Source of the DNA: an uncultured Chryseobacterium sp.
GTDB lineage: Bacteria; Bacteroidota; Bacteroidia; UBA10329
DNA length: 64,000 nt
Direction of reading: 5' to 3'
Assembly: GCA_964500205.1 (NCBI GenBank)
Contig: CAZCNS010000001.1
Span: 433,000 to 496,999, forward strand
This document shows, piece after piece, positions 1 to 8,953 of the stretch. The notes beneath the pieces are model-generated. The model saw nothing but the letters and a program-made list of their open reading frames with translations. It was not told where the DNA came from and searched no databases. A program made the translations under genes and the position numbers. The first letter of the stretch is position 1. Every line of letters begins with the position of its first letter.

Positions 1-13
1 CCTTGGCTACTTC

Positions 14-352
14 GTGGTTCAGATTACGTTGGATGAAAACGGTAACCCTTCTTCGAGCACACACCTTTCCAACGAGAGTCAGTGCTGCACCAGCGTAGAG
101 GAGGTAATTGCCCGTGGCGAGAATGTAGTGTTTCCTAACCCGACCAGCGATGTGCTGCGTGTCCGCACCGGTGGTGAGCCATACACCTTCGAGATGCTCG
201 ACCTCAGCGGCAGGATGGTGTCATCACACAACCTGACCTACGATGGTCAGAACGTGGATGTGAGCGGCCTCAACAGTGGACTTTACATCTACAGGATGAT
301 CTCGATGAACGGTCGCGTAGCTCTCACAGGCCGCGTGAGTGTGGTGCATTGA
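14..352 (+). CDS. C-terminal fragment of a T9SS-secreted protein (Por/T9SS C-terminal sorting domain); the 5' end is outside the window
   Basis: The ORF runs from the window edge. Its C-terminus (..LDLSGRMVSSHNLTYDGQNVDVSGLNSGLYIYRMISMNGRVALTGRVSVVH) has the typical beta-strand pattern of Bacteroidota T9SS type-A sorting tails. The in-frame Met at 14 is probably not the real start. Confidence 0.55.
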   Translation: MVQITLDENGNPSSSTHLSNESQCCTSVEEVIARGENVVFPNPTSDVLRVRTGGEPYTFEMLDLSGRMVSSHNLTYDGQNVDVSGLNSGLYIYRMISMNGRVALTGRVSVVH

Positions 353-374
353 TTACGCTGGAAATACAGAAACA

Positions 375-409
375 AAGGGCTGGAGATGATTTCTCCAGCC
401 CTTTTTTAA
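375..409. terminator. Bidirectional rho-independent terminator between convergent genes
   Basis: The sequence aaaGGGCTGGAGatgatttcCTCCAGCCCtttttt forms a 9-bp GC-rich stem with an 8-nt loop, flanked by an A-run on one side and a T-run on the other. It lies between the stop of the + gene (352) and the stop of the - gene (414). Confidence 0.8.
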
Positions 410-413
410 TCCC

Positions 414-1727
414 TCAAAATCCAGTATCCGGATATATCACCTCCGCACCCTCATCGCCATCCCTGTAAGGAACCCCGAACAGGAAGAATTCCATCATCTC
501 CTTGTCTGCATCAAACGAGTACTGCACGTCAGCAGGAGGTGAATTCGGGTTCTCCGGGTTGGCGGCAGTGTTGTCGTAGGTGACCAGAAAATGAATGACA
601 GAGCCTTTAGGGACGATCTCATACTCTTTGAATTTGTAAATGAATTGCCAATTGAAATCCCAGTCAGGAATATGCAGAAGCGCTATGGTATCGCCATCGG
701 GCTTAACGGCATAGGCGCGCATTTCTCTTGCCAGATGGTGCGCATGAGCAAGTACCGCGAAGGCTGAAAGGCTATCTTCCACCTTCCTTCTTGCGTGTAG
801 CGTGACCACTGTGTCTGCCCGGATGATGAATCTTCCACCTGTCAGATGCCGATGCCCATGAAGTGCTACTGTGGTGAATCTCCTGCAATCGTTGCAACGC
901 CTCTCATGTACCCGAAGCACACTCGAATCTGACTGAGCTACAGGGGTGGGGGCATAATGATTCAGAAACAGCATATTGGAGCCCTCCGGAATCACACCGT
1001 ATACCCCCAATGGATAGTCCTCGAAACGCTCACCCGGCAACCATCCTGTGGTGTAGAGATATGCCCGCAGCGTAGTGTCGCCCGCCTCATAACCAGTGCT
1101 AGGGTTGTGATAGCTTGAATCCCTGTCAAAGGTGGTTTTCAACGTTGCCAATGAATCGATGAACACCTCGCTATGGTGGAGCACTCTCAGATTGCCTGGG
1201 ATGAACTCATATCTTGACACATGAATATCGCGATGAATGGCTGTCGGAATATGAAACCTCACAAAGAGATCCTTGGTGGAAGGACGCACGTTGTAAGAGC
1301 GATGCATTGAGAAGGACCAAAGAGTGTCCAGTTTAATGAGAACATCATCCCAGACATGTGTGCCATCCTTGGCGTCACCCTCCACCATACCTTCCTCAAT
1401 CCACTGAACGATAGTTTGGATATCGCTTTCCGAGAGGATGTTCTGGTTCTGAAATTCTCGGTAGATGGGATTGGCTGGCCAAGGCGGCATGACCCGTGAC
1501 TCTACCACATGCCTAATGAAACCTCCTCTCTTGGCAACATCACCATAACGTGAGAGTGGAAAAGGCGCATAGCCGCTTCCGTCATGACATCTGATGCAGT
1601 GTCTGACGAGTATTGGCTGTATGTCGCGGTGATAAGTAAGGTTCTGGGCAAGCAAGTAGCCATTACCCATTAGAAGGATGCTGGTCAGCAACCCTTTGAC
1701 AATGTTGATCAGGGAAATATGTAGCAT
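414..1727 (-). CDS. Secreted fusion protein with an N-terminal PSCyt1-like haem-c binding domain (CIRCH..MPP) and a C-terminal copper type II ascorbate-dependent monooxygenase (PHM/DBH)-like domain
   Basis: The ORF track extends to 1844, but the likely start is the internal Met of a signal peptide (MLHISLINIVKGLLTSILLMGNGYLLAQ) at 1727. It has a CXXCH followed by ..VMPPWP... Downstream are HH.., H.., HAHHL.. and Met clusters spaced as in PHM CuH/CuM sites. Confidence 0.55.
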   Translation of the reverse strand: MLHISLINIVKGLLTSILLMGNGYLLAQNLTYHRDIQPILVRHCIRCHDGSGYAPFPLSRYGDVAKRGGFIRHVVESRVMPPWPANPIYREFQNQNILSESDIQTIVQWIEEGMVEGDAKDGTHVWDDVLIKLDTLWSFSMHRSYNVRPSTKDLFVRFHIPTAIHRDIHVSRYEFIPGNLRVLHHSEVFIDSLATLKTTFDRDSSYHNPSTGYEAGDTTLRAYLYTTGWLPGERFEDYPLGVYGVIPEGSNMLFLNHYAPTPVAQSDSSVLRVHERRCNDCRRFTTVALHGHRHLTGGRFIIRADTVVTLHARRKVEDSLSAFAVLAHAHHLAREMRAYAVKPDGDTIALLHIPDWDFNWQFIYKFKEYEIVPKGSVIHFLVTYDNTAANPENPNSPPADVQYSFDADKEMMEFFLFGVPYRDGDEGAEVIYPDTGF

Positions 1728-2242
1728 CCAAGTGCCTTCGTGGGACCGTATGGTGGAGGAAGTCCCCGCAAAAGTTTCACGAGACACGCATCCACGTAAT
1801 TGACAGTGGGACTTGCCCGCCTTCTTCCGAGCGTATAGTACCAATCATCTATCGCACCATGATAGTAGACATTGCCAAGACTATCAAGAATGAACACCTC
1901 TGGAGTGATCTTTGCCCCGACACTTCTAGCCATACCGAGCTCCGAATCAAGGATCATCTCACAATCTAGGCCATATCGATACATATATCTGCGCACCTCA
2001 AGGACATCCCAATTACCAGGAAACACGGCTACGAATGATACGCTATCAGATGACCACTTGTCCTTAAGTTCTTTCAGCGTAGCAGGATACTGAAGGCACA
2101 TGGGGCATTCGGGTGATAAGAAGAACAGCACCGAAGCTTTAGCTCCCTTGGTAAGTGACAGCTGAGTACCACCAAACGACTGTGCAAACGCCTGCACCGA
2201 AAGACATAGCAAAATCAGCCATAGAATGCTACGCAATCGCAT
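1709..2242 (-). CDS. Thioredoxin-fold thiol-disulfide oxidoreductase (TlpA/ResA/redoxin-like), secreted
   Basis: It has a signal peptide (MRLRSILWLILLCLSVQAFAQ) and a CPMC active-site motif in a thioredoxin-like context (FFLSPECPMCLQ). It overlaps the downstream gene by 19 nt, which suggests an operon. Confidence 0.6.
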   Translation of the reverse strand: MRLRSILWLILLCLSVQAFAQSFGGTQLSLTKGAKASVLFFLSPECPMCLQYPATLKELKDKWSSDSVSFVAVFPGNWDVLEVRRYMYRYGLDCEMILDSELGMARSVGAKITPEVFILDSLGNVYYHGAIDDWYYTLGRRRASPTVNYVDACLVKLLRGLPPPYGPTKALGCYIFP

Positions 2243-2251
2243 GGTTCAAAG

Positions 2252-4084
2252 TTACCTCGGGTTGGCCACAATTAACCTGCTGAACCTCGTTCGGCCACTG
2301 TCTATTGTCAACACCAACGGTCCTGACAGGTCACTGGGAAGATGTACGGATTCATTTCCCGGCACAATCTCGTGCCAAAGTGAACGGCCCGCCATGTCTC
2401 TTACCCAGATTGACATCATCTCATCTCCTGGGCAAGTGATGATCGTCAACTGACCGTTTTGACCGTCACGGATGCTCGGCTCGCAACTATTGACAGCTTC
2501 CACACCTGTCAGAAAATCCTCGATCACAGTAAGCTTCTGATTGACCTCAATCCCGTACAGTCTATGAACGACCCCGCTGGGGAACCTTACAATCACGCTA
2601 TCGATGACCGCTGCACTTCCCAAGCCAAAGTGAACCTGTGAGGCGTTCTGAGATGAGCAGCTCTCACCGCCACGTAGTTCCCGAACCATCACAGTTCCAT
2701 CAGCATGAACTTGTATCGTACTGCCGTACGCATTTCGGTTGCTGACCACCCCGGTCAATTCGAGCATTAACCAATTGCCCTCAGCAATATCATTGCGATA
2801 CAGCTTTGAGAACTGAGCATTGGAGCCATTCACATCTGCAACCACTACTATCAAATCCAGATCGCCATCATTGTCGAGGTCACCAAAAGCAACACCGCGG
2901 CCCCAGTCAGGCGAATCACAGCCATATTGCTCCGCCATATCAGTGAAAGTACCGTCCGCATTGTTAATGAACAAACGGTCTACATTAGTCAAAGCGTTAG
3001 GATACATCGTTCCAGTTGTAATGTGTCCATTGACCACAAAAAGATCTTCCCATCCGTCATGATCAAAATCAGCGAAAACGCATCCCCATCCAGTAGAGGG
3101 AAGTTCGCCAGATAGAGGATCGTCAATCCCGTATTCTTCCGCTTGATTCACAAAACCGCCATTACCATCGTTCATCGCAAGTACGTTAGGGCCAAGATGT
3201 GTGAGGTAGTAATCGATGTCACCATCCCGATCGGGATCACCCGGTGCCACACCCATTCCGTCAATGGGATAATCAAAGGATGTACTTGCTGAAACATTCA
3301 AAAAGCCTGACTCCGGAAATCGGTTTCTGTACAAAATTGTTGACGGTGCCCACTGTCCGAAATCGTTGGCCACGATGATGTCGGGAGCACCGTCACCATC
3401 AAAATCAGAGAGCGTAGTGGCAAGACCGCAACCAACATCGGCACACCCCCATTCCTCAGCAACTTCAATGAATGACCCGTTACCTGTGTTCAAGTAGAGA
3501 AAGTTGGGAAGGCAAGTAACGTCAAGCTCAGTCAGAATACCATTTTCGTCCAAAGTGACACCATTATAGCTTTCCACGTAATTCATCACATAAATGTCGA
3601 GATGACCATCAAGGTTGATATCAGCCATTGCTGCAGCAGTGCTCCAAGACGGTTGGGTGATTCCTCTTTCACCACTGACATCAGTGAAAGTCCCATTGCC
3701 ATTGTTCAGCAAAAGCAGACAGGGCTGACCACCCCGTGTTGCCAAGAAAATATCTGCATCACCATCGTTATCGATATCCCCCGTAACTACGCCCATGGCA
3801 TTCGTGACAGAAGGAATACCTGCAGAGGGGGAAACAAGCTCAAACTGCCAATCACTAAGGTTTCTCAACAAGCGGTCTGATAGACTTCCTCCTGTGAGGT
3901 AGATGTCTTGATGTCCGTCATTGTCATAGTCGAATATAGCTACACCACCACCAATTACTTGAGCATCTTGATGGTAGTGTACAAGCCCCATAGACGCTGC
4001 CATATCAGTCATTTGCGCCAATACCTGAGGAGAGGTAAAAGCGCAAGGCGCGCAAATCAATAAGACCAAAAACCGCCTCAACAC
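2252..4084 (-). CDS. FG-GAP/VCBS-repeat protein of the CRTAC1/ASPIC-UnbV type, secreted
   Basis: It has a signal peptide and many D-x-D-x-D-G calcium-binding FG-GAP repeats (DYDNDGHQDIYLTGG, DIDNDGDADIFLA, DFDGDGAPDIIVAND, DLDNDGDLDLIVV). A beta-rich C-terminal segment is compatible with a T9SS tail. Confidence 0.7.
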   Translation of the reverse strand: MLRRFLVLLICAPCAFTSPQVLAQMTDMAASMGLVHYHQDAQVIGGGVAIFDYDNDGHQDIYLTGGSLSDRLLRNLSDWQFELVSPSAGIPSVTNAMGVVTGDIDNDGDADIFLATRGGQPCLLLLNNGNGTFTDVSGERGITQPSWSTAAAMADINLDGHLDIYVMNYVESYNGVTLDENGILTELDVTCLPNFLYLNTGNGSFIEVAEEWGCADVGCGLATTLSDFDGDGAPDIIVANDFGQWAPSTILYRNRFPESGFLNVSASTSFDYPIDGMGVAPGDPDRDGDIDYYLTHLGPNVLAMNDGNGGFVNQAEEYGIDDPLSGELPSTGWGCVFADFDHDGWEDLFVVNGHITTGTMYPNALTNVDRLFINNADGTFTDMAEQYGCDSPDWGRGVAFGDLDNDGDLDLIVVVADVNGSNAQFSKLYRNDIAEGNWLMLELTGVVSNRNAYGSTIQVHADGTVMVRELRGGESCSSQNASQVHFGLGSAAVIDSVIVRFPSGVVHRLYGIEVNQKLTVIEDFLTGVEAVNSCEPSIRDGQNGQLTIITCPGDEMMSIWVRDMAGRSLWHEIVPGNESVHLPSDLSGPLVLTIDSGRTRFSRLIVANPR

Positions 4085-4385
4085 TGAAAAAGATGCTCGT
4101 TACAGACTGCAATTCCACTACAATAGTACTTAATTATCAATAAATGACGAGCATCATAATTTTTAGAGCAAAAAATTCCCGATACCGACTGTAACAAGTG
4201 TGCGGCAAGAATCTGATGTTACCGTAATCGCTAACACAAGAATCAATGTCGCCACATAACTATTATATACCTAGATATCAAACATTCAGAAACTACAAAC
4301 AACACCAAAAAAGTGTGATAAATAGATTGACATTCCGTTACTCTGCTCCAATGAGTACTAACAAATAACCGAACTTCCTTGACTC

Positions 4386-4413
4386 TGTCTATATCGAGAG
4401 AGGGATATAGACA
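4386..4413. terminator. Perfect 10-bp inverted repeat (tgtctatatc / gatatagaca, 8-nt loop) 17 nt downstream of the stop of the 4430..6154 gene; a possible terminator hairpin without a U-tract
   Basis: The palindrome is read directly from the sequence. On the minus-strand transcript no T-run follows it. Confidence 0.35.
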
Positions 4414-4429
4414 TGCGGGGATAGCTGAA

Positions 4430-6154
4430 TCAATTATTTCGCACGACCCTGACAACCGAAGAGGTCCAACCTCCTGTCGGCCTGAGATGCAGGAGATAAA
4501 TCCCATAAGGGCCGCTAAAAGAAGCGAGATCGATTTCACGGTTAAAGGTTCCAGATACCACGATACGACCTGTGAGATCGGTCAACAGATAGTCTCCGTC
4601 CATAAAATCCGCCTGAATAGTAATTCTTTCGTTGAAAGGGTTCGGAATCACTCGAATGGTTGCTTTCTGGGTAAGGTCAATACCGGAACCCACCGGAGGA
4701 ATGAACCCGCTTGCAAACAGTCCATCTCCATTGGTTCCCATGTAGCCTCCCCAAGAAACTTGCGCATCTCCAATCGAAATATTGGTAGACAACCTTCTAA
4801 CTCTCATATTGTCCTCCGAGAAAGGATTACTTGGATGTGTGGTTGAAACAACAACAATATTGAGCGCACCGCTTCCCTCAAAGTCAAGTAAAAGAGGAGT
4901 ACTTGCTAGGTCGACCGACCCTGTCTCTGAGAGGAGAGTTTCACTCAGGCCCTCGCTTCTGACCATTTCGATTGACAATTGATTCTGCGCTCCAATCTGA
5001 TTTCTCACAATCACCAGGCGGTCGTTCACCTCATTCTCAGCTCTGAATGCGAGAGCAGAATGAAATGGGAAAGCTGAAGGGCCAGACTGCCAGAGCACAC
5101 TTCCGTCAATGCCTGACAGTACAGCATGAAAACCACCCGAGTAGAATGGGAATACTCCGGTAGCAAGGTTGACCGCCACATCGGGAACGCCATCATCATC
5201 GAAATGAAGTATGCATGGCACAGCACTGCTCTCATTGCCCGGGAAGTGATTCTGGGCCCAAAGAACGGAGCGGTCTGCACCACTAATGACCGACACCATG
5301 CCATCAAAACCCATCACAGCAAGATCAGTAGAACCGTCATCATCAAAATCAGCCATACTGACTGGTGCCATAAAACCTTTGGATTCACTTGACGCTAACT
5401 GAATGAACTCAGGTGTTCCTTCCCAAAGTGAACCAATAGAAACTGCCCAAAGAGAACCGCCCACCGTCTCACCGCCAGAACCAAACACCGCATTCAGTGA
5501 TATTCCTTCCACGTTCCATAGAACCGGTGAGTTATAACTCTCTTTCCCATCAGGCATCTCATACTGCCTTAGAATCTCACCAGTGGCTCCATCGATTATG
5601 ACGATACTAGCAGGGGGTCGGTTGGCATCGTTGGCGTTGGCTGGAGCGTAACCCCCGAGAATGTTGAGAATCTCAGGAACCGCATCGCCATTGAGATCTT
5701 CAAGCCATTGTCCTGAGTAGAAATTAGGAAGGCTGTCAGCAAAGCAGTCAGGTAGCTGCGAGCAGGGAAACACCTCCCAGATTACCTCCCCATTAAACCC
5801 ATCAATGCAATAGAGCTGATTTCTTCTCCCTCCTATGACCACATCAGCAATCCCGTCATTTGAAACGTCTTGAAAAATGGGGCTTCCGAATATCTGAGAC
5901 CTCGTCTTAACGCTCCAAAGCACCTCACCTGACACACCATCGAATGCGAAGACACCGAACGATGTATCCGCAAGCTCTCGACCACATCCAATCACGATAT
6001 CTGGAATTCCATCCTCAGTAAGGTCAACGGCCCTGGCCGAGGAGAAGGTGTTGGAACCCTCTATCTGGGTATCCCAAACAACAGTTTGCGCTAAGCTGTA
6101 ATAAGCAGGAACAAAAACAGCAAAGACATGAAACAGAACCAGAATCGATCTCAA
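4430..6154 (-). CDS. PQQ-like/FG-GAP beta-propeller repeat protein with a T9SS C-terminal sorting domain
   Basis: It has a signal peptide (MRSILVLFHVFAVFVPAYYSLAQ) and repeated G..LW..-type propeller blades (DGVSGEVLWSV, DGFNGEVIWEV, DGATGEILRQY, SGIDGSVLWQS). The C-terminus (..IPNPFNERITIQADF..GIYLLHLRPTGGWTSSVVRVVRNN) is typical of T9SS type-A tails. Confidence 0.65.
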   Translation of the reverse strand: MRSILVLFHVFAVFVPAYYSLAQTVVWDTQIEGSNTFSSARAVDLTEDGIPDIVIGCGRELADTSFGVFAFDGVSGEVLWSVKTRSQIFGSPIFQDVSNDGIADVVIGGRRNQLYCIDGFNGEVIWEVFPCSQLPDCFADSLPNFYSGQWLEDLNGDAVPEILNILGGYAPANANDANRPPASIVIIDGATGEILRQYEMPDGKESYNSPVLWNVEGISLNAVFGSGGETVGGSLWAVSIGSLWEGTPEFIQLASSESKGFMAPVSMADFDDDGSTDLAVMGFDGMVSVISGADRSVLWAQNHFPGNESSAVPCILHFDDDGVPDVAVNLATGVFPFYSGGFHAVLSGIDGSVLWQSGPSAFPFHSALAFRAENEVNDRLVIVRNQIGAQNQLSIEMVRSEGLSETLLSETGSVDLASTPLLLDFEGSGALNIVVVSTTHPSNPFSEDNMRVRRLSTNISIGDAQVSWGGYMGTNGDGLFASGFIPPVGSGIDLTQKATIRVIPNPFNERITIQADFMDGDYLLTDLTGRIVVSGTFNREIDLASFSGPYGIYLLHLRPTGGWTSSVVRVVRNN

Positions 6155-6259
6155 AACAAAAACTTGAATGAATAGATAAAAACAGTAGCCTGAGCCAATT
6201 GGAACCGATGGAGGTGTTTTATGTTCCCAGACAAAGTCGTTTCCTTAGGTTGTTAGTAC

Positions 6260-8329
6260 TCACCTCACCACCACCCGATGTACCGAGGCATTACCTGACC
6301 GCTCTACCCGCACCACATAGACTCCCACAGGGACATTGAGCGGCAGTACAGTCTCAAAACCATGCACCGATGAGTCGTGTAACGTCCTTCCAGTGAGGTC
6401 AATAACATTGATTCGGGCCGCATTGCCGTCCGACAGCCGGATGTGCAGATCATTACCATTAGTGAATACACTGACCAATGACGATGACTCAGGGCTGTCA
6501 ACACCTGCGATGAGGTAGGCAGGCGAAACAGGTGAGAAGTGCAGCCTGAACCTCTCTTGAAAAGTACCGGCTGTGGAATGAAACTGGTACTCGCTGGTCT
6601 GATGAAGGTCAATGAACTGACCGGCTCGAACATCCTCCAACCATGCGGCCCCGTCAACGGTGAGTTCGGTCGCCTTGAGATGATATGTGCCAGCGTTGGG
6701 TATCCGCACACCCAAGGGCACTACGGGCTGGGCAATGGGGTCTCCCATGCCGTTGATGGCCAGCCGTTCACTGCCGACCATCGACCACAGCTGCACACGC
6801 GAATTGGACTCCATCTGCTTGCGGCTGTCATAGCTGTCCAGACCGTTGCCCGCATCTGCATTAAGATAAACCAAGGTCTCATCAGCACTGTCGTCCTTGG
6901 AAATATGCAAACGGACCAGCTCATTGACATCATCGCGGAAAGGCTGACCTGCCTGATGCGAGCGCATTGCATTGGTGAAGTTCAGACCACCTGTCTGCCC
7001 ATCGGCCAAAACGCGCACCCAGAATCCCTGAGCCGGATGAATCAGGCCGTTGGCGCCATTGGTCCCCACCCCGCCAGCGGCATTGTAGGTGGCGAACACC
7101 ATCTCGTCAGAAAGGTTAGTGCGGTACCAGATGGTGCTTTCCAAATTAGAGGATGCAGCATGCACAAGATCCCAACTCACATAGCTTGGATATGGGTTGC
7201 CTACCAAATGATATCCTCGCTTGCTATTGGAAGCTCCTGAGCGGGTGAGCCCAGCAAGGCTCTGATTGCCGGTGTTGAACACCCCGCCTGTGAAACCGAT
7301 GGTCTCATCAGCACCAAGCCGGGTGACGTAGCCCCTCATGCGTGCAAGGCCAGTGCCGTTGTCCGTGATCTCGGTGTATCCCGAACCGTTGCCTGAAGCC
7401 CCGGCCTCGGCCACCTCACTGTGGGACCACAGCCGCGTCACACCCGCAGCATTGAACACTCCACTCGCGGCAGCCGATGTGGTGGGGGCGATATAAAAAT
7501 GACGTCCATTGGCGCTTGATCCTCCGCTCCCTGTCAGGAACTGTTGGGCAACGTAGGTCCCGCCTGCACCAGTAATGGTGCCATTGGTGATGAGTGTTCC
7601 TGTACCGGTGACATCGCTCTGAAGCGTGATGTTCCCCTCATTGATCACATTGCTGTTCACTGTGAAAGCACTTCCTGGGGCCACGGAGAGCTGAGCACCT
7701 GCCCTTACCGTCAGAGCCGCACAGACAGCGGGGGCGCTGGGCAGGGCATTCACGATCGGCTGAAAAGGAGCCGAAGGCGAGATCACCACATGGCGGCCAG
7801 CGACAGGAACCGCACTATGACTCCAGTTTAAGGCCGCGCTCCAATCAGTGGATGCCGTACCCATCCATGCCTGACCGAAGTGAAGCACAAAACGGTTGTT
7901 TAACGTGCCTGACTCAGCCGTGAAACCGTACGTGCTGTTCGCATTGAGATTCTGAAAAACATTGAGCAAACGGTCTTCCAGAACCAGCGGCTCAGATACC
8001 GTTGCCTCCGTCAACGAGATAGAGAAACTGCCCGCAACCGGTAATCTGACCCGCAATGGGACACGCGGATTGGTAGCCACGCTGTTCAAGGTATTGATGG
8101 CCACGAGCGTCCCCGCTGCAGCAGTGTAAATCAGCGGTACCCCGGCCGGGAACATCTTGCCGGAATCATAAATATCGAAGCCGTCCGTGGCGTTAGTATT
8201 GAAACCTACGAGCGTCTCGTCCGTGTTCGTCCCATCACTCAACGCAAGCCTCACAATGCCAGCATTTGATATTGAAAAACAGCAATTCAATGCCAGTATT
8301 AATACTACTATAAATACACTTTTCATCAC
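6260..8329 (-). CDS. Secreted protein of unknown function with an internal duplicated module and a T9SS C-terminal sorting domain
   Basis: It has a signal peptide (MMKSVFIVVLILALNCCFSISNA). An N-terminal module (..DETLVGFNTNATDGFDIYDSGK..NRFVLHF) recurs near the C-terminus (..DETLVYLNADAGNGLDSYDSRK..QERFRLHF). The terminal strand ..GVYVVRVERSGNASVHRVVVR is T9SS-like. Confidence 0.55.
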   Translation of the reverse strand: MMKSVFIVVLILALNCCFSISNAGIVRLALSDGTNTDETLVGFNTNATDGFDIYDSGKMFPAGVPLIYTAAAGTLVAINTLNSVATNPRVPLRVRLPVAGSFSISLTEATVSEPLVLEDRLLNVFQNLNANSTYGFTAESGTLNNRFVLHFGQAWMGTASTDWSAALNWSHSAVPVAGRHVVISPSAPFQPIVNALPSAPAVCAALTVRAGAQLSVAPGSAFTVNSNVINEGNITLQSDVTGTGTLITNGTITGAGGTYVAQQFLTGSGGSSANGRHFYIAPTTSAAASGVFNAAGVTRLWSHSEVAEAGASGNGSGYTEITDNGTGLARMRGYVTRLGADETIGFTGGVFNTGNQSLAGLTRSGASNSKRGYHLVGNPYPSYVSWDLVHAASSNLESTIWYRTNLSDEMVFATYNAAGGVGTNGANGLIHPAQGFWVRVLADGQTGGLNFTNAMRSHQAGQPFRDDVNELVRLHISKDDSADETLVYLNADAGNGLDSYDSRKQMESNSRVQLWSMVGSERLAINGMGDPIAQPVVPLGVRIPNAGTYHLKATELTVDGAAWLEDVRAGQFIDLHQTSEYQFHSTAGTFQERFRLHFSPVSPAYLIAGVDSPESSSLVSVFTNGNDLHIRLSDGNAARINVIDLTGRTLHDSSVHGFETVLPLNVPVGVYVVRVERSGNASVHRVVVR

Positions 8330-8379
8330 ACCGGGAGTTTGGAAAACAGGGTTGAAATTAAGAGAACGGTAGCCCTCAA

Positions 8380-8952
8380 GTGCAGGCCATCGATAAAAAA
8401 CCGTTAGCAGCGTGTAACGGACATTCCCAAGGGCATTTCTTGGTCGGGCGCACCGGGTCAGCTACCTTTGAAGGCATGGTCATTCGCCTCGACAGGTCAG
8501 AGTTCATGCCCCCAGTGGAGTTCGAGCTCATCTGCATCAGCACTCCATTACGCGAATATCGGCTGGCGCATCTCGTGAATACCGGATTGAGACTTTCCCT
8601 ATCACGAGAGGATGACGTCAATGCTGACAGGAACGACCGGGACAACGTTGCCACCTACGCACGGTTCTTTTACGAGGATGAACTGATGTGCCGGTCGTTC
8701 ATGCTCATCGGCAACAAGCCGCTGACAAGGCCAGAGGTACTCCGACCAGGTGATCTGTTCGGCTCGGAAGAGACCCAGCCACTGATGCCTGAACTCGCAA
8801 AAACAGACTATATTTTATTGGTCTATGGAGATATTACAGATGACGAGCTGGCCGACCTTTGCGATACCATCCGAGAGATTCCGGAGGTCATGACCGCGTA
8901 CTCCTCAGACCCCAGAACTTTGAAAGACATCAGCCCCATAGCCCTCATCTGA
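8380..8952 (+). CDS. Hypothetical protein, possibly of the Bacteroidota IPExxxVDY-like family that often sits upstream of pyk
   Basis: The C-terminal motif is ..IREIPEVMTAY.. and the gene abuts pyk (stop at 8952, pyk start at 8954). The real start may be an internal Met (MVIRLDR..). Family assignment is from memory of the motif and is not verified. Confidence 0.35.
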   Translation: MQAIDKKPLAACNGHSQGHFLVGRTGSATFEGMVIRLDRSEFMPPVEFELICISTPLREYRLAHLVNTGLRLSLSREDDVNADRNDRDNVATYARFFYEDELMCRSFMLIGNKPLTRPEVLRPGDLFGSEETQPLMPELAKTDYILLVYGDITDDELADLCDTIREIPEVMTAYSSDPRTLKDISPIALI

Positions 8953-8953
8953 C

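Noticed and set aside
4243-4539. 98-aa ORF with a lipoprotein-like N-terminus (MKSISLLLAALMGFISCISG)
   Set aside because: It overlaps the 3' end of the PQQ-propeller T9SS gene by about 110 nt and runs through the 4386-4413 hairpin. The signal-peptide resemblance is probably coincidental, but this is not fully excluded.
8376-8654. 92-aa minus-strand ORF overlapping the start of the IPExxxVDY-like gene
   Set aside because: It has no motifs and overlaps the + strand gene that abuts pyk. It was judged less likely to be real, although neither is strongly supported.
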